Below, in pieces: positions 9,367-19,593 of a DNA stretch of 64,000 nt (the first letter of the stretch is position 1; the number at the start of each line of letters is the position of its first letter). The stretch lies in the IMG/VR virus record IMGVR_UViG_3300037963_003785, positions 23,554 to 87,553 of that record. One strand, 5' to 3'. Origin of the DNA: a virus. The notes below the pieces were generated by a model that was not told the DNA's origin, did no database searches, and was given only the letters and a program-made list of their open reading frames with translations. The translations under genes were made by a program, and so were the position numbers.

Positions 9367-9891
9367 TTATCTACGTTTTTTACCACGAAGATAACTTCTA
9401 AATCTTTTTTCTACTTTTCTCCAAAGGACTTGTAACATCTCTCTAACACCAACACTTGTATCCATAGCTGGGCCAGATTTTATTCCTCTGATTAAATCCA
9501 TTGCATCGTATCTACCACCCTTTACACCATTCATCATAATCTTGATACTTTTTGCAGATGCCTGATTGATAAGTTTCCCCATATCTCTGACATCTTTTTC
9601 TACAAACTTTTGTGCTTCCGTTGAACTAAAAGGAAGTTGTGATGGTGAATTAAGAGGTGCCTCTGTTAATTCAGAATTTAAAATGTAATCACGTGCCTTG
9701 TTTAGTCTATCAGAAGACTCTATTACTTTACCCATCCACCATGTTGGTAACTCTATATCACCAACACTTTCGAGTTTTTGAATAATCTCTTGACAATCCT
9801 CTATCGAAGTTTTTAACTTTCTAATAGCAGACGGAACATCTTCATGTCCATCTTCTGTCAATAAATTTTCTAAGTAAATATCTTTAATCAC
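9367..9891 (-). CDS. Putative internal head protein, two modules
   Basis: GTG start overlapping the upstream TGA; LLTE/D and ELTE/A junctions. Confidence 0.5.
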   Translation of the reverse strand: MIKDIYLENLLTEDGHEDVPSAIRKLKTSIEDCQEIIQKLESVGDIELPTWWMGKVIESSDRLNKARDYILNSELTEAPLNSPSQLPFSSTEAQKFVEKDVRDMGKLINQASAKSIKIMMNGVKGGRYDAMDLIRGIKSGPAMDTSVGVREMLQVLWRKVEKRFRSYLRGKKRR

Positions 9892-10343
9892 TTTAATAAA
9901 GTCCAATCTTGTGGATTTGAATAACGTGATTTATAATACCATTTCTTTTCTTTCATATTATATATGTAAGCGTATTCCTCACCAGAATTAAAATCAACTG
10001 CATCTCTATTCTTAAAAGTACTCATCGCACTTCCCTTTTCACCTCTGTCTCTTCCGTAGAATACTGTCTCACCATCTTTTCTATTATCAAAGGAATGGTC
10101 TTTTCCACCTTTTATACTTTTGTCTAAAAATGAAATACCTTGTTTTCCAAGTTTCATCAATTGTTTTACGATAGCAGGTTTATTATAAATTTTCTTTAAC
10201 AATTTACCTGTGTGTTGTGGATACCCATCATAATGTCCATAGGTGGATTGAATTTTACCATTTGGTTGTTCAATACCAACTAACCAACGAGTTCCTTCTG
10301 TAACTAATACAGATTCTTTTACTAAATTTTTTAATTTAATCAT
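9888..10343 (-). CDS. Leader-tagged phage protein of the (A/G)TR...HxDGYP family
   Basis: MIKLKNLVKESVLVTE-GTRWLVGI...YGHYDGYPQHTGKLL...YGRDRGE...EEYAYIY. Confidence 0.6.
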   Translation of the reverse strand: MIKLKNLVKESVLVTEGTRWLVGIEQPNGKIQSTYGHYDGYPQHTGKLLKKIYNKPAIVKQLMKLGKQGISFLDKSIKGGKDHSFDNRKDGETVFYGRDRGEKGSAMSTFKNRDAVDFNSGEEYAYIYNMKEKKWYYKSRYSNPQDWTLLK

Positions 10344-10344
10344 T

Positions 10345-12141
10345 TTATCTTCCCATAGTACCAAGACTTGTATACATTCCAGTATGCTTGGTAAACATTT
10401 TTTGTAATTGGTCGTTATAAACACCTTTTACTTTTGATTTAACTTTTAACTTTCCAGCTCTCATCTGAATAAATTCCATATTATATAGGTCTTTACCTCT
10501 ATCTAAATCTATTCTAACATAATTTACACCTTTGGAATTTCTACCAATCTTAAAACTCATTCCTTTAGGCCCCACTGCAAAGTTTTTTGCTCCAGTCATA
10601 GCGATAAATTTATTACCACCTAATTGTTTTAAGGTTTCACCACCTTGTCTCTTATTCATTGACTCTCTGTAAACTATCTTACCCACTTTAGATTCTATGC
10701 CAATGACGTGGTTTGGATACTTATCTCTCAAATCAGACATTTCTGCTGGTATCTCTTTTAGATTTTTTACAAGTACTCTTTTTACTACCTTATTGTTTTT
10801 ACTTACAATGATGTCCCAAGGCCCAACTTTAGGCCCTTTACGAACAGATTTCATCATATTAGAAGTTTTACTTTCATTTTTCTTTTTTAAAAGGTGAGGC
10901 CCAGCTGGTTCATCTCCTAATTTACCATCCTCACCATAACCACAAGTTCCTTCATTTTGTGCCCACAATGAATTCATTATCTGTGCTTTCTTTGCTGGAT
11001 TAGCCTTTTTGTACATTTTAGAAACTCTACCATACCATTTCATTATACCTTTGGTATCTTTTTTATTGTTACCGTATTTTAAAAGTAACTTTTCAATCTT
11101 TTTTTGTTCAGATTCTTGTACGGATTCTAACCCTAACATATCTGCAGCAACTACAAAGTTTGTCTTATCACCCTTTGATTTATCCAATTTAATTATTCTT
11201 ACTCTTTTCAAATGTTTCTTTAACAATGTAGCTAATTTTTTTGATTCCTTTTCATCGTCCATGAAAAAACTAAAAGCACCTTTACCTGTAGCCATATCTT
11301 TTACCGATTTTAATTTCTCAGACTTAACAATACTTTTCATTAAAGACTTCATTCTATCATGTACAGAAACTTCGTTTACGGATTCTTTAACTACTTTATA
11401 CTTACCCTTTAAAACATTATCTAATTGACTTTGTGAATTTGCAAATACTAAATCAAGTCGTTTAGTAACTGGCATCGTTCTTCCATTTGGAATCTCAGGT
11501 ACCATTTTAGACTTAATAACACCACCGATTGCATCTATGTATTGTCTTGTTCCTCTATCAGCTGTTTTTTTAGAACCTTGTAAACCTTTTTGATTATATC
11601 TTTTTGTAATTTTTAACTTATTTGCTAATTTTTGTGATAAGTTTCTACCAACTTCTGATTTGAATATTTTATCTGCGGTTGTAACAAGTAAACCAGGATG
11701 ACCAAGATTACGTGGATTGAATCGTGGTTGTTTACCAGTAAATTGTCTACCTGTCTTTGAAACTAAAGCAACATAGATATCTTCTGCAATTGTGTATCCT
11801 GTAGAATTAGTTGATATCTTTTTTTCTTTTTCTTTATCTTTTTTACGTTTCTTTTTAGTAGACTGAAATGCATAAGGTGTTTTAGGTGGGCCTTCACCAC
11901 CATCAAGATTTCCTGTTACAGAGGCCTCAGGTACCATTTTATACCCTAATACTTCTGCATTCTTTTTTCTTTCTGTTTCAAATTTTCTTTTTGCAGCACC
12001 TTTAAGTTCACCACCAAAACCCTCTTTTAATTCTTCATCAAGGTCTTCTTCTTTAAATGGAACAAAAGAATGTGCATAAGGATTACTTACGACTCTACTC
12101 ATTTCACCTATATTCTTTGGTAAGAAATCCTTTAGGTTCAT
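10345..12141 (-). CDS. Lysine-rich modular polyprotein, putative internal head cargo
   Basis: 598 aa with junctions LKE/G, VPE/A, KESVNE/V, ESVQE/S, QNE/G, KNE/S; last module LKQLGGNKFIAMTGAKNF. Confidence 0.55.
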   Translation of the reverse strand: MNLKDFLPKNIGEMSRVVSNPYAHSFVPFKEEDLDEELKEGFGGELKGAAKRKFETERKKNAEVLGYKMVPEASVTGNLDGGEGPPKTPYAFQSTKKKRKKDKEKEKKISTNSTGYTIAEDIYVALVSKTGRQFTGKQPRFNPRNLGHPGLLVTTADKIFKSEVGRNLSQKLANKLKITKRYNQKGLQGSKKTADRGTRQYIDAIGGVIKSKMVPEIPNGRTMPVTKRLDLVFANSQSQLDNVLKGKYKVVKESVNEVSVHDRMKSLMKSIVKSEKLKSVKDMATGKGAFSFFMDDEKESKKLATLLKKHLKRVRIIKLDKSKGDKTNFVVAADMLGLESVQESEQKKIEKLLLKYGNNKKDTKGIMKWYGRVSKMYKKANPAKKAQIMNSLWAQNEGTCGYGEDGKLGDEPAGPHLLKKKNESKTSNMMKSVRKGPKVGPWDIIVSKNNKVVKRVLVKNLKEIPAEMSDLRDKYPNHVIGIESKVGKIVYRESMNKRQGGETLKQLGGNKFIAMTGAKNFAVGPKGMSFKIGRNSKGVNYVRIDLDRGKDLYNMEFIQMRAGKLKVKSKVKGVYNDQLQKMFTKHTGMYTSLGTMGR

Positions 12142-12752
12142 TAGTCTTCTCTAAGAATAGAATGTATTATGTGTTCTGCCTTACCCCACTTATCATTACT
12201 AATACTTTCTTTTACAACACCCTCATTTACAGGATGTAAAAAAGCACCATGAGTAGACGGATTAGATACAAAGTCAAATGCAATTAACTCAAAGTCATCT
12301 CCAACTTTTTGTGCTCCTTTGTCTGGCCCCTCATTAACAGTTTCAACAGAACCCATACCACGAGAACTGATACCTAATTTAATACCAGCCTTAAATAATT
12401 CTTTTAATATGTTACCTGCAGGTGTACCAACCACTTCTACAGTTCCCAATAAATTGTCACCCTCCCAATGCATTTCTTTGACATTATGAGAAACGTTCTG
12501 TAAGTTTACTACAGAAGAATCTGGATGGTCTAATTCACCTAAAGCTCTTTTTTGACGAATAAAGTTTTCATCATACTCTTTGGCTTCACGTTGTAAAATT
12601 TCTCTTGGATACACACGACCATTTTGATTCTTAGCTTCTGCTCTCTGTAACACTCCACGAACAATTAACTTACCATTATTACTTTTCATGGATTCATTAA
12701 TTTGTTCAGGTGATACCTCAAATGGTATGTAGTCTACAATTAATTGTTTCAT
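12141..12752 (-). CDS. gp21: Prohead protease (T4 gp21 family)
   Basis: NQNGRVYP, ALGELDHP, VSH, GTPAGNILK, GISSRGMGS, DFVSNPST. Confidence 0.95.
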   Translation of the reverse strand: MKQLIVDYIPFEVSPEQINESMKSNNGKLIVRGVLQRAEAKNQNGRVYPREILQREAKEYDENFIRQKRALGELDHPDSSVVNLQNVSHNVKEMHWEGDNLLGTVEVVGTPAGNILKELFKAGIKLGISSRGMGSVETVNEGPDKGAQKVGDDFELIAFDFVSNPSTHGAFLHPVNEGVVKESISNDKWGKAEHIIHSILRED

Positions 12753-12753
12753 A

Positions 12754-13686
12754 TTATTTAGCCTTCTTTGCAGCTGCCACAGCATCTCTCATAAATGTTG
12801 TGACACCTTTTTTATATTTCTTTTGTAATTCACTTCCTAATTCTTTATTACCTTTTGTTGGGTCAAGATAAAGAGCCTGTACCATTTCATACATTGCTAA
12901 TCTCAGTCTTGATTCTTCTCTCATCAGTACCTTTAACTTAGCTTTGACTTTTTTTACATCATCTGGCCCTTCTGAAATCTTTTGTTGATGTTTTCTCTTA
13001 ACATCTGCTAGTGTAGGTAATGGTTCACCAAATTTTCTCTTCTTATCAAAGTTTTCATTTACAGATTCTCTTACACCCTTACCACCCATTTCTTTGTAAA
13101 CTTTTATTAGATTTTTAAGGTGGTCTTCATCTCTAGCATTAGTAACTCTACCTTGTTTCTTTATTCTCTTTTGAAACATTTCTATAGCATCTTTGAGTTT
13201 TTTCAATTCTACTTTATTAGATAAAGTGCGTTTATATGCCATACCGACATTATCTCTTTCATTTACAGATTCACCAGTATATTGTTTTTTATAAAAGTCT
13301 ACATCAGCTTTTGATTGTTTTTTAGGTTTGTCTTTCTTTCTTGAGAGTTTATCCTTGATTCTTTGGAAAAGACTCTTAGATTTTTTATGTAACGGGTGAG
13401 ATTTGTCCCTTAGAGGTGTTGAAGCCTTAACACTTTTACCTGTTTTTGGATTTTTCATCTGCATCTTGGTCATTTGCATCACAGTTGCAGCAACAATTGG
13501 ATTCTCTGATAGAATACTCTCTAAATTCTTATGTTTTGTAGAAGCATATTTCTTCACGTCTTTCCTTTTCATGTTTTTTGCTACATCTTGAGCTTTTTTA
13601 GAAAACTTAGATGCTGGTTGTTCCCCTTTTTGTATTGAACGTACAATACCCATAAATTTCTGTTGTTTTTTAGAAACAGATGGCAT
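12754..13686 (-). CDS. Lysine-rich modular polyprotein with N-terminal DUF3008-like module
   Basis: MPSVSKKQQKFMG..KYASTKHK, then LSE/N, ESVNE/R, ESVNE/N and ISE/G junctions. Confidence 0.55.
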   Translation of the reverse strand: MPSVSKKQQKFMGIVRSIQKGEQPASKFSKKAQDVAKNMKRKDVKKYASTKHKNLESILSENPIVAATVMQMTKMQMKNPKTGKSVKASTPLRDKSHPLHKKSKSLFQRIKDKLSRKKDKPKKQSKADVDFYKKQYTGESVNERDNVGMAYKRTLSNKVELKKLKDAIEMFQKRIKKQGRVTNARDEDHLKNLIKVYKEMGGKGVRESVNENFDKKRKFGEPLPTLADVKRKHQQKISEGPDDVKKVKAKLKVLMREESRLRLAMYEMVQALYLDPTKGNKELGSELQKKYKKGVTTFMRDAVAAAKKAK

Positions 13687-13991
13687 TAATGTAGTTTTCC
13701 GACTTTATTAGCTAACTTAACTAACCTTTCACTAATTTTTGTTAATGCCTTATGTGTATTTTTCCAATATTGGTCACTATTAACACCTAATTCGTTCTTC
13801 AACCTGACATTCATATCAATCAACTTACTGAGTTCGGTTAACTTGGCCCGTACCTCTCTCACCGAGTGACCGATTTTCTGTCTTGGTGTTAATTCTTCAT
13901 TATTTCTAAAGTCATGATACCGACCCTCGTTAACAACTTGGTCAATTTCATTAATATTCTTTAGACTATCTTTAATTCTTAGTTTGGACAC
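13686..13991 (-). CDS. Small head-region protein
   Basis: AAGGAG then GTG at 13991; leader ends VVNE/GRY. Confidence 0.55.
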   Translation of the reverse strand: MSKLRIKDSLKNINEIDQVVNEGRYHDFRNNEELTPRQKIGHSVREVRAKLTELSKLIDMNVRLKNELGVNSDQYWKNTHKALTKISERLVKLANKVGKLH

Positions 13992-14829
13992 GTCTAATCT
14001 CCTTAATAAGCTCATAAAATCTCATCAATGAAACAACTTGATTGTCCTTAATAGTCATACTTGACTTTATCGGTGTCAATTTTTTGATTGTTTCTCTTAA
14101 TTTAATTTTTGTAACCTTATTATCGACGCCTTTGATGAGTTCTTTAAGTACTTTGTGAACTTTTTTATACTCTTCGTTAATATATTCACGTAAATTATTG
14201 GAATTTGATAGATTATTAATATATTCTTTCAATAATTTCTTTTGGTCAGCACTTAAGTTTTTATATTTTTTGTTAAATTTTTCAACAAGAATGTTATATG
14301 CTAATAAACGTAAATCTTTTTCTTCTTTTGTAAAAGGATTTTTCTTTTCTACAACTTTCTTGTGTTCTTTATTTAAATTTTCAACAATCGTATATCTTGA
14401 TTGTACAGCATCCTCTGGATTAAACTCAAAACCAGAAGATTCTGATAAAAATAATTTATAAATCGATGCATTTAATTTAAAATTAGGTATCTTTGCATTA
14501 AAAAAATCATCACCATAGTTATCTTTTATCTCTTTAATGAGATTATATTTTTCGGTCTTGATTTTTTTATTAGATAAATTACCTCTTGACTTTAATACGG
14601 CATCAACTAAATGGTTTGCACGTATTTCACTAAGTTTAGTCTTAGATGATAATACCTTATATAAATTAAGTTCTTTTCCGAGTTCCTTTGACTCGTGAAA
14701 ATAATTCTTCAACAACTTCACTGCCTTCGAGCTTTTGTTGTTCAAAATATCAACAGTTATCTGACGAGTCAACAACTCGAATATAATGCCAGTATTTTTG
14801 ATTTTGCTATGTTTTATAGTACGGGCCAT
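13972..14829 (-). CDS. Head-module protein following portal (prohead core-like)
   Basis: 285 aa, helical and basic, IKHSKIKNTGIIFELL; synteny; SD GGAG. Confidence 0.55.
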   Translation of the reverse strand: MARTIKHSKIKNTGIIFELLTRQITVDILNNKSSKAVKLLKNYFHESKELGKELNLYKVLSSKTKLSEIRANHLVDAVLKSRGNLSNKKIKTEKYNLIKEIKDNYGDDFFNAKIPNFKLNASIYKLFLSESSGFEFNPEDAVQSRYTIVENLNKEHKKVVEKKNPFTKEEKDLRLLAYNILVEKFNKKYKNLSADQKKLLKEYINNLSNSNNLREYINEEYKKVHKVLKELIKGVDNKVTKIKLRETIKKLTPIKSSMTIKDNQVVSLMRFYELIKEIRRVQTKN

Positions 14830-14898
14830 GTCTTACTCACTCCAATTATAAAAAGTGTAAATTCTCTTATATAAATATAAAAACTTCATAAAAATAAT

Positions 14899-16758
14899 CT
14901 ATTCCTTACCTTTTATTGTACTGACATCATCATGATATTCTTGATTAACTTCATCTGACTCTGTTATTATCTTTACATCACTTTTGTTCATTAATTTTTT
15001 CATCTTATCAAAGTGGGCAAGTGCTAAAGTATTTCCATATTTACGTGAACCACTACCACCTTTTTTCTTATCGTGAGCTCCTAATACGTCTCTACCCCTT
15101 ACACCACTATCTTTACCATACTTATTAGGTTCTTTAGGTCTACCAGCTCCCTCTTGTCCACCTTCAGGTGCTCCACCCTCATCATCAAAGACGGAACCAC
15201 TAACATCATCGTCCCCACCTTCATCATCAGGACTTTGCATATCACTTGGTGTACCTACCGATTCTCCACTTTGTTTAGGGTCATTACCCTCGTTCTCTAT
15301 CTGAGAATATCTAAACTTTTGTTTATAGTCATATACAATTTTTTCTTCTTGGTCTTCTATTTCATCCTTAGTAAAATTATATATGTTCTTATAAATCCAA
15401 TCACTTGACATCAATCCATCTTGTATCATAGAAGAAGCAAGTGATGTCTTGTTGTTCCATAATTCAATTTTTTCTTGTTCATAAATTGTAGATGGATTTG
15501 TAAGACTCAATTCAAAGTTGACCAACTCTTCATCAGTAAAACCTTGTGCATATAAATGAACAATAGCAATCTTAGTCAACTCACTTACAACAATCCTTTG
15601 TATTCTTTCAATTGTTCTCGCAAACCTAACGTCTTCAGCAGCTAATGTAGCCTTACTTCCAACTTGTTCTTCATATCCAAGAAAGGCCTTGGGTACTTTA
15701 AGAGCAGCTAACATTTTATTTCTAAGATATTCAATATCATCAACTGCATCGTATGATAAACTACCAAGAGTTTCTATGTTTGTACCACTATCCCCACCTC
15801 GAACTGGCATGAAGAAGTCTTCTGTTATGTTTTGAATGTTATATTTTAAATTATAATCACCAGTTGTTTCATCTACCAAAGGTGTTTTCTTCATCTTATT
15901 AATAATTTGTTGCATGTAATTATCAACTTCTGCTGGTGGTATGTTTCCAATATCAACTTTGAACACTCTTTTTTCAGGTGCTCTCATAATCCTATGAATC
16001 ATCATAGCATCTTCCATAAGAGATAATTGTTTCCAAATCTTTCTAGCAGATTCTATCATTGATTTACCATAAGGAACATAGTTTGAATCTGATAGTAATC
16101 TGAAATGTGCCATTTGAAAGTTTTCTAATTCTGCACTTTCAGTTTCTTTTCGTGTATGATAAGCAGCCTGTCCTGTATTATCTTGTGTAATTACAAACTT
16201 AACTTCGTATGGATTTTCAGGATTACCACCCTCTGCACGTGCAACAATATAAGGTGTTAATGGTGTTACGTTTGTTACACCATACTTGTCTTGTACATCT
16301 AAGTGTAAAAAGAAATCACCATACTTACACATATTACGAACCCACGGCCATAAATTAAATTCGATGTTTAATATATCATAAAACAAATTATGTAATATCT
16401 TTTTAACGTTATCATTATCACTTTGAATTTCCAATACTTCTCCGTATTCGTTTTTCATTGTGGTCTCGTCCGAATAGACATCAAGTGCTGATGCTATGAT
16501 TGGGTCTGAATCCATAGTCTCGTAATCTCTGAATAGACCTAACCTCTCAGCCTGTTTATAGGTAGAATCCATTAGACCATATCCTGAACCCTTTGAGTTC
16601 TGATACAATCGTGTGAATCTATCGGTTAAACTTTTCTTATAATATCCTTGTAACTTTTCGGTGTCAGCTATTTTTAATTGGCGACCACCAACATTTCGTA
16701 CAATAACATTTGTACTGAATAGTCTTCTTAGTCTTCCAAATAATGTTTTATCTGCCAT
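14899..16758 (-). CDS. gp20: Portal protein (T4 gp20 family)
   Basis: QLSLMEDAMMIHRIMRAPEKRVFKVDIGNIP, EDFFMPVRGG..GTNIETL, DIEYLRNK..ALKVP. Confidence 0.96.
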   Translation of the reverse strand: MADKTLFGRLRRLFSTNVIVRNVGGRQLKIADTEKLQGYYKKSLTDRFTRLYQNSKGSGYGLMDSTYKQAERLGLFRDYETMDSDPIIASALDVYSDETTMKNEYGEVLEIQSDNDNVKKILHNLFYDILNIEFNLWPWVRNMCKYGDFFLHLDVQDKYGVTNVTPLTPYIVARAEGGNPENPYEVKFVITQDNTGQAAYHTRKETESAELENFQMAHFRLLSDSNYVPYGKSMIESARKIWKQLSLMEDAMMIHRIMRAPEKRVFKVDIGNIPPAEVDNYMQQIINKMKKTPLVDETTGDYNLKYNIQNITEDFFMPVRGGDSGTNIETLGSLSYDAVDDIEYLRNKMLAALKVPKAFLGYEEQVGSKATLAAEDVRFARTIERIQRIVVSELTKIAIVHLYAQGFTDEELVNFELSLTNPSTIYEQEKIELWNNKTSLASSMIQDGLMSSDWIYKNIYNFTKDEIEDQEEKIVYDYKQKFRYSQIENEGNDPKQSGESVGTPSDMQSPDDEGGDDDVSGSVFDDEGGAPEGGQEGAGRPKEPNKYGKDSGVRGRDVLGAHDKKKGGSGSRKYGNTLALAHFDKMKKLMNKSDVKIITESDEVNQEYHDDVSTIKGKE

Positions 16759-16767
16759 TTTATCCTC

Positions 16768-18345
16768 TTACTTTATTAACCAAGTTATATCTTCTTTTTC
16801 TTTACCTGTATCTACTTGCCATTGTTCTTGGAACATAGATGGTTTAGGTGTATAAATTGGTTGATTTTTATTAAAATATTCCATTGACTTTTTTTGTAGT
16901 GTGATTCCTTCAGCACGTAAACGTAATGCAGTATCACGTATCCATAGACAAATACCAAGTGACATTACTAAATCATCATTGTATCCCTTCATCGCCTCGG
17001 CTCTTTGGTTGTTATATATAAATACAAACAACTCATCCAATAATCTACTTGAATTTATTATAATTGACTTTTCTCTAAAATATTCTTCTATTTTAGCAAC
17101 TACTAATGGTCTTGTCTTCATTGTCATAGAGAAACCAGGTACCATGTTCCTTTCTTCCCTATAAATTTTATTTGACAATTGATGTTCAACATCAACATAC
17201 TTTAAATCTTTACTCGTGTAAAATAAATTATCATACCCTCTATCAATAATTTGTTGGATAGAAGCCCAACCAATGTTGTTGTTCTCAATTATTAATAGTG
17301 CATTATTATATTCAGTTGCAGTATTTAAACATAAGTTTCCAAAATCACGAGTAGAAATTTTTCCTTTATACTCTGCAACTTGTTCAACTGTTTCTGCATC
17401 AAAAACATGAAATGCAGAAAAGTCTGTTCCGTCCCCTCTTGAAACGTCAGCTGATAAAATATATTGTTTGTCATAGTTTGGATATTTCCAAACCCATAGA
17501 TTACCATCAAGTCCTCTTTTTTCGGATGGTTCGTTTACCATATTATTACGACACTCTTCTAAGATAACACCATCAATTACAGTACGACCTGAAGTTATGA
17601 AGTCACAATCACACTCTTGAGCAGCCATATCAGGCCCCAATAATTTATCTTGTTCAGTTCTCCAATCTTCAGTTCTATCGGGATGTACAGTCCAATGTAG
17701 TTTTATCCAATTAAACTGATTGGTTCCCTCTTCAGCACCAACCCATGTTTTATGAAACCAATTACCAACACCATTCGGTGTGGATAGTGCGATACAACTA
17801 CCACCAGTAGATAACGTCTGTTGAGCTGCAGTCCATATCTCATCAATCTTATCAATGAAAGCAGCCTCATCAAGTATCAATAACGACAGAGCCTCAGAAC
17901 GACCAGCATCTTCTTTACTTGATATTGCCTTTACTTGTGAACCATTTGCATATCTCAGAGACAATTTATTATCTTCAACACATTGTTGTTTAACCCAACT
18001 TGGTAAGTTTGCATGCATCACACGAATTTTTGTTACTAAGTTTTTAGCGGTATCTTGTTTGGTAGCAATCACCAAGACGTTTTTATCTTGATGAAAAGTC
18101 ATCATCCATAAAGTGTAACCAGCAGTAAGAGTGGATAAACCCAACTGACGGGCTTTTAATATAATGTTATATCTATGTTCGTGGAAGTCCCTTAAAGTTT
18201 TTTCTTGAAAGTCCCAAGTATGAAAAGGTATTTTACCTTTCATTGGATGTTGTATATAACAATACTTCTTTAAGAAATATACAGGATCCTGAGCACATTT
18301 AACATACTCTTTTTTGATTACTTCTTTTATGGGAACATTAGACAT
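16768..18345 (-). CDS. gp17: Terminase large subunit (T4 gp17 family)
   Basis: Walker A KARQLGLST, Walker B LLILDEAAF, STPNG, nuclease ADVSRGDG.D and DDLVM. Confidence 0.96.
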   Translation of the reverse strand: MSNVPIKEVIKKEYVKCAQDPVYFLKKYCYIQHPMKGKIPFHTWDFQEKTLRDFHEHRYNIILKARQLGLSTLTAGYTLWMMTFHQDKNVLVIATKQDTAKNLVTKIRVMHANLPSWVKQQCVEDNKLSLRYANGSQVKAISSKEDAGRSEALSLLILDEAAFIDKIDEIWTAAQQTLSTGGSCIALSTPNGVGNWFHKTWVGAEEGTNQFNWIKLHWTVHPDRTEDWRTEQDKLLGPDMAAQECDCDFITSGRTVIDGVILEECRNNMVNEPSEKRGLDGNLWVWKYPNYDKQYILSADVSRGDGTDFSAFHVFDAETVEQVAEYKGKISTRDFGNLCLNTATEYNNALLIIENNNIGWASIQQIIDRGYDNLFYTSKDLKYVDVEHQLSNKIYREERNMVPGFSMTMKTRPLVVAKIEEYFREKSIIINSSRLLDELFVFIYNNQRAEAMKGYNDDLVMSLGICLWIRDTALRLRAEGITLQKKSMEYFNKNQPIYTPKPSMFQEQWQVDTGKEKEDITWLIK

Positions 18346-18755
18346 TATATTTTACCTAACACAAATCCTAATGCTAACCAAAGGTACGTATTCTCGTACC
18401 ACTTCTTTTCAACTAATGATATCATCTTCTCGTTAGCCTCATCACGTGATTTCAATAAATCAATTTGTTTCTTTTGAGCCAACATTACTAAAGTATCTAA
18501 TTTTGCTTGTTCTTCTAACTTAACAATAACAGAATCAGATTGGTTGATAGTAATTTTTTGAAATTCTATCAATGTATTTGCCTTTGCAATCTTTTCTTCC
18601 CACTCGGCATCACGAGCTTTTAACATCTCTAATGCTTCATCATATGTAAATGTAGTTGGTTTTTCACCACCCTTCATTATTTCTTGGCTTTCTGCCATTG
18701 ACATAGCAAAAAAGATTACTATAAAGTACTTTAATATTTTCAAACCTAACCTCAC
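18345..18755 (-). CDS. Secreted/membrane coiled-coil protein
   Basis: N-terminal signal-like segment ending AMSMA; coiled coil; C-terminal hydrophobic KWYENTYLWLALGFVLG. Confidence 0.5.
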   Translation of the reverse strand: MRLGLKILKYFIVIFFAMSMAESQEIMKGGEKPTTFTYDEALEMLKARDAEWEEKIAKANTLIEFQKITINQSDSVIVKLEEQAKLDTLVMLAQKKQIDLLKSRDEANEKMISLVEKKWYENTYLWLALGFVLGKI

Positions 18756-19072
18756 TAATATAGTATATTTACAGTTCCACTACCACTAACTCTACTTACA
18801 GATATATCGTATTGTACCTTTGCAGTAAGATTAGATGCAGTTAAAGGGTCACCACCACCTGCAGGTGTAATTACTGTACTACCAGCACTTACGACAATAA
18901 ATCCTTTACCAGGTAAGTTTGAGCCAGACAACACTAAGTCCTCACCAGAAGTTGTTACTACTTTACTATAAACTCCTTGATTCTGAGTGTCCATACTTTG
19001 ATTATCATGAAAGTTTGAAGCATCAACTGCTATAGTTCCTGGTAGGTTGTTTGAACCAGTTACGAATCCCAT
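18755..19072 (-). CDS. Small Ser/Gly/Thr-rich beta protein, probable virion decoration
   Basis: 105 aa containing TGS, SGS, TAS, SGS; SD AGGAG. Confidence 0.45.
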   Translation of the reverse strand: MGFVTGSNNLPGTIAVDASNFHDNQSMDTQNQGVYSKVVTTSGEDLVLSGSNLPGKGFIVVSAGSTVITPAGGGDPLTASNLTAKVQYDISVSRVSGSGTVNILY

Positions 19073-19081
19073 TCTAAACTC

Positions 19082-19393
19082 CTATTTGTTTTTAGCAAAT
19101 TTCTTCAAAAAATCCTCTGCAGAAGATATGTCGTCATTATCATATGCCTCTTGCATCTTTTTTGTTTTCTTTTTACTAATAGTTAATTTTCTTTTTAATT
19201 TACCAACTTCTTTTTTGGAAACAGATTTATCTTCTTCCAACTTTTTTATTTCTTTTTCAACTTTCTTTTCTTCTTTTTTGTTTTCCTTAATGACTTTCTC
19301 TAACTCCTTAACTTCTTTTTTCTTAGAAGCTTGAACAGCAAAAAGTCCACCAACTAAACCAAAAAGTCCAAGTATTAATTTCCATATTTTCAT
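19082..19393 (-). CDS. N-terminal TM + Lys/Glu coiled-coil protein
   Basis: LILGLFGLVGGLFAV followed by a charged coiled coil. Confidence 0.55.
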   Translation of the reverse strand: MKIWKLILGLFGLVGGLFAVQASKKKEVKELEKVIKENKKEEKKVEKEIKKLEEDKSVSKKEVGKLKRKLTISKKKTKKMQEAYDNDDISSAEDFLKKFAKNK

Positions 19394-19593
19394 ATTATTT
19401 CTTTCATGACCTCCGAAAATTTAGATTCATTTTTTTTCGTACTTCTAAAGTTAACCACACTTCTACCATTAACAGTAGGCATGCCATGGTCATCTTTACC
19501 TATCGACTTAACGACAATCTTTTTATTTTTAAATCGGCCAACAAGTATTGTATCACCGACACTTACATCAATTTTTATCATGTAGTTCTCCAT
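19390..19593 (-). CDS. Small SH3/KOW-like hypothetical protein
   Basis: VGDTILVGRFKNKKIVVKSIGKD..GMPTVNG. Confidence 0.45.
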   Translation of the reverse strand: MENYMIKIDVSVGDTILVGRFKNKKIVVKSIGKDDHGMPTVNGRSVVNFRSTKKNESKFSEVMKEII

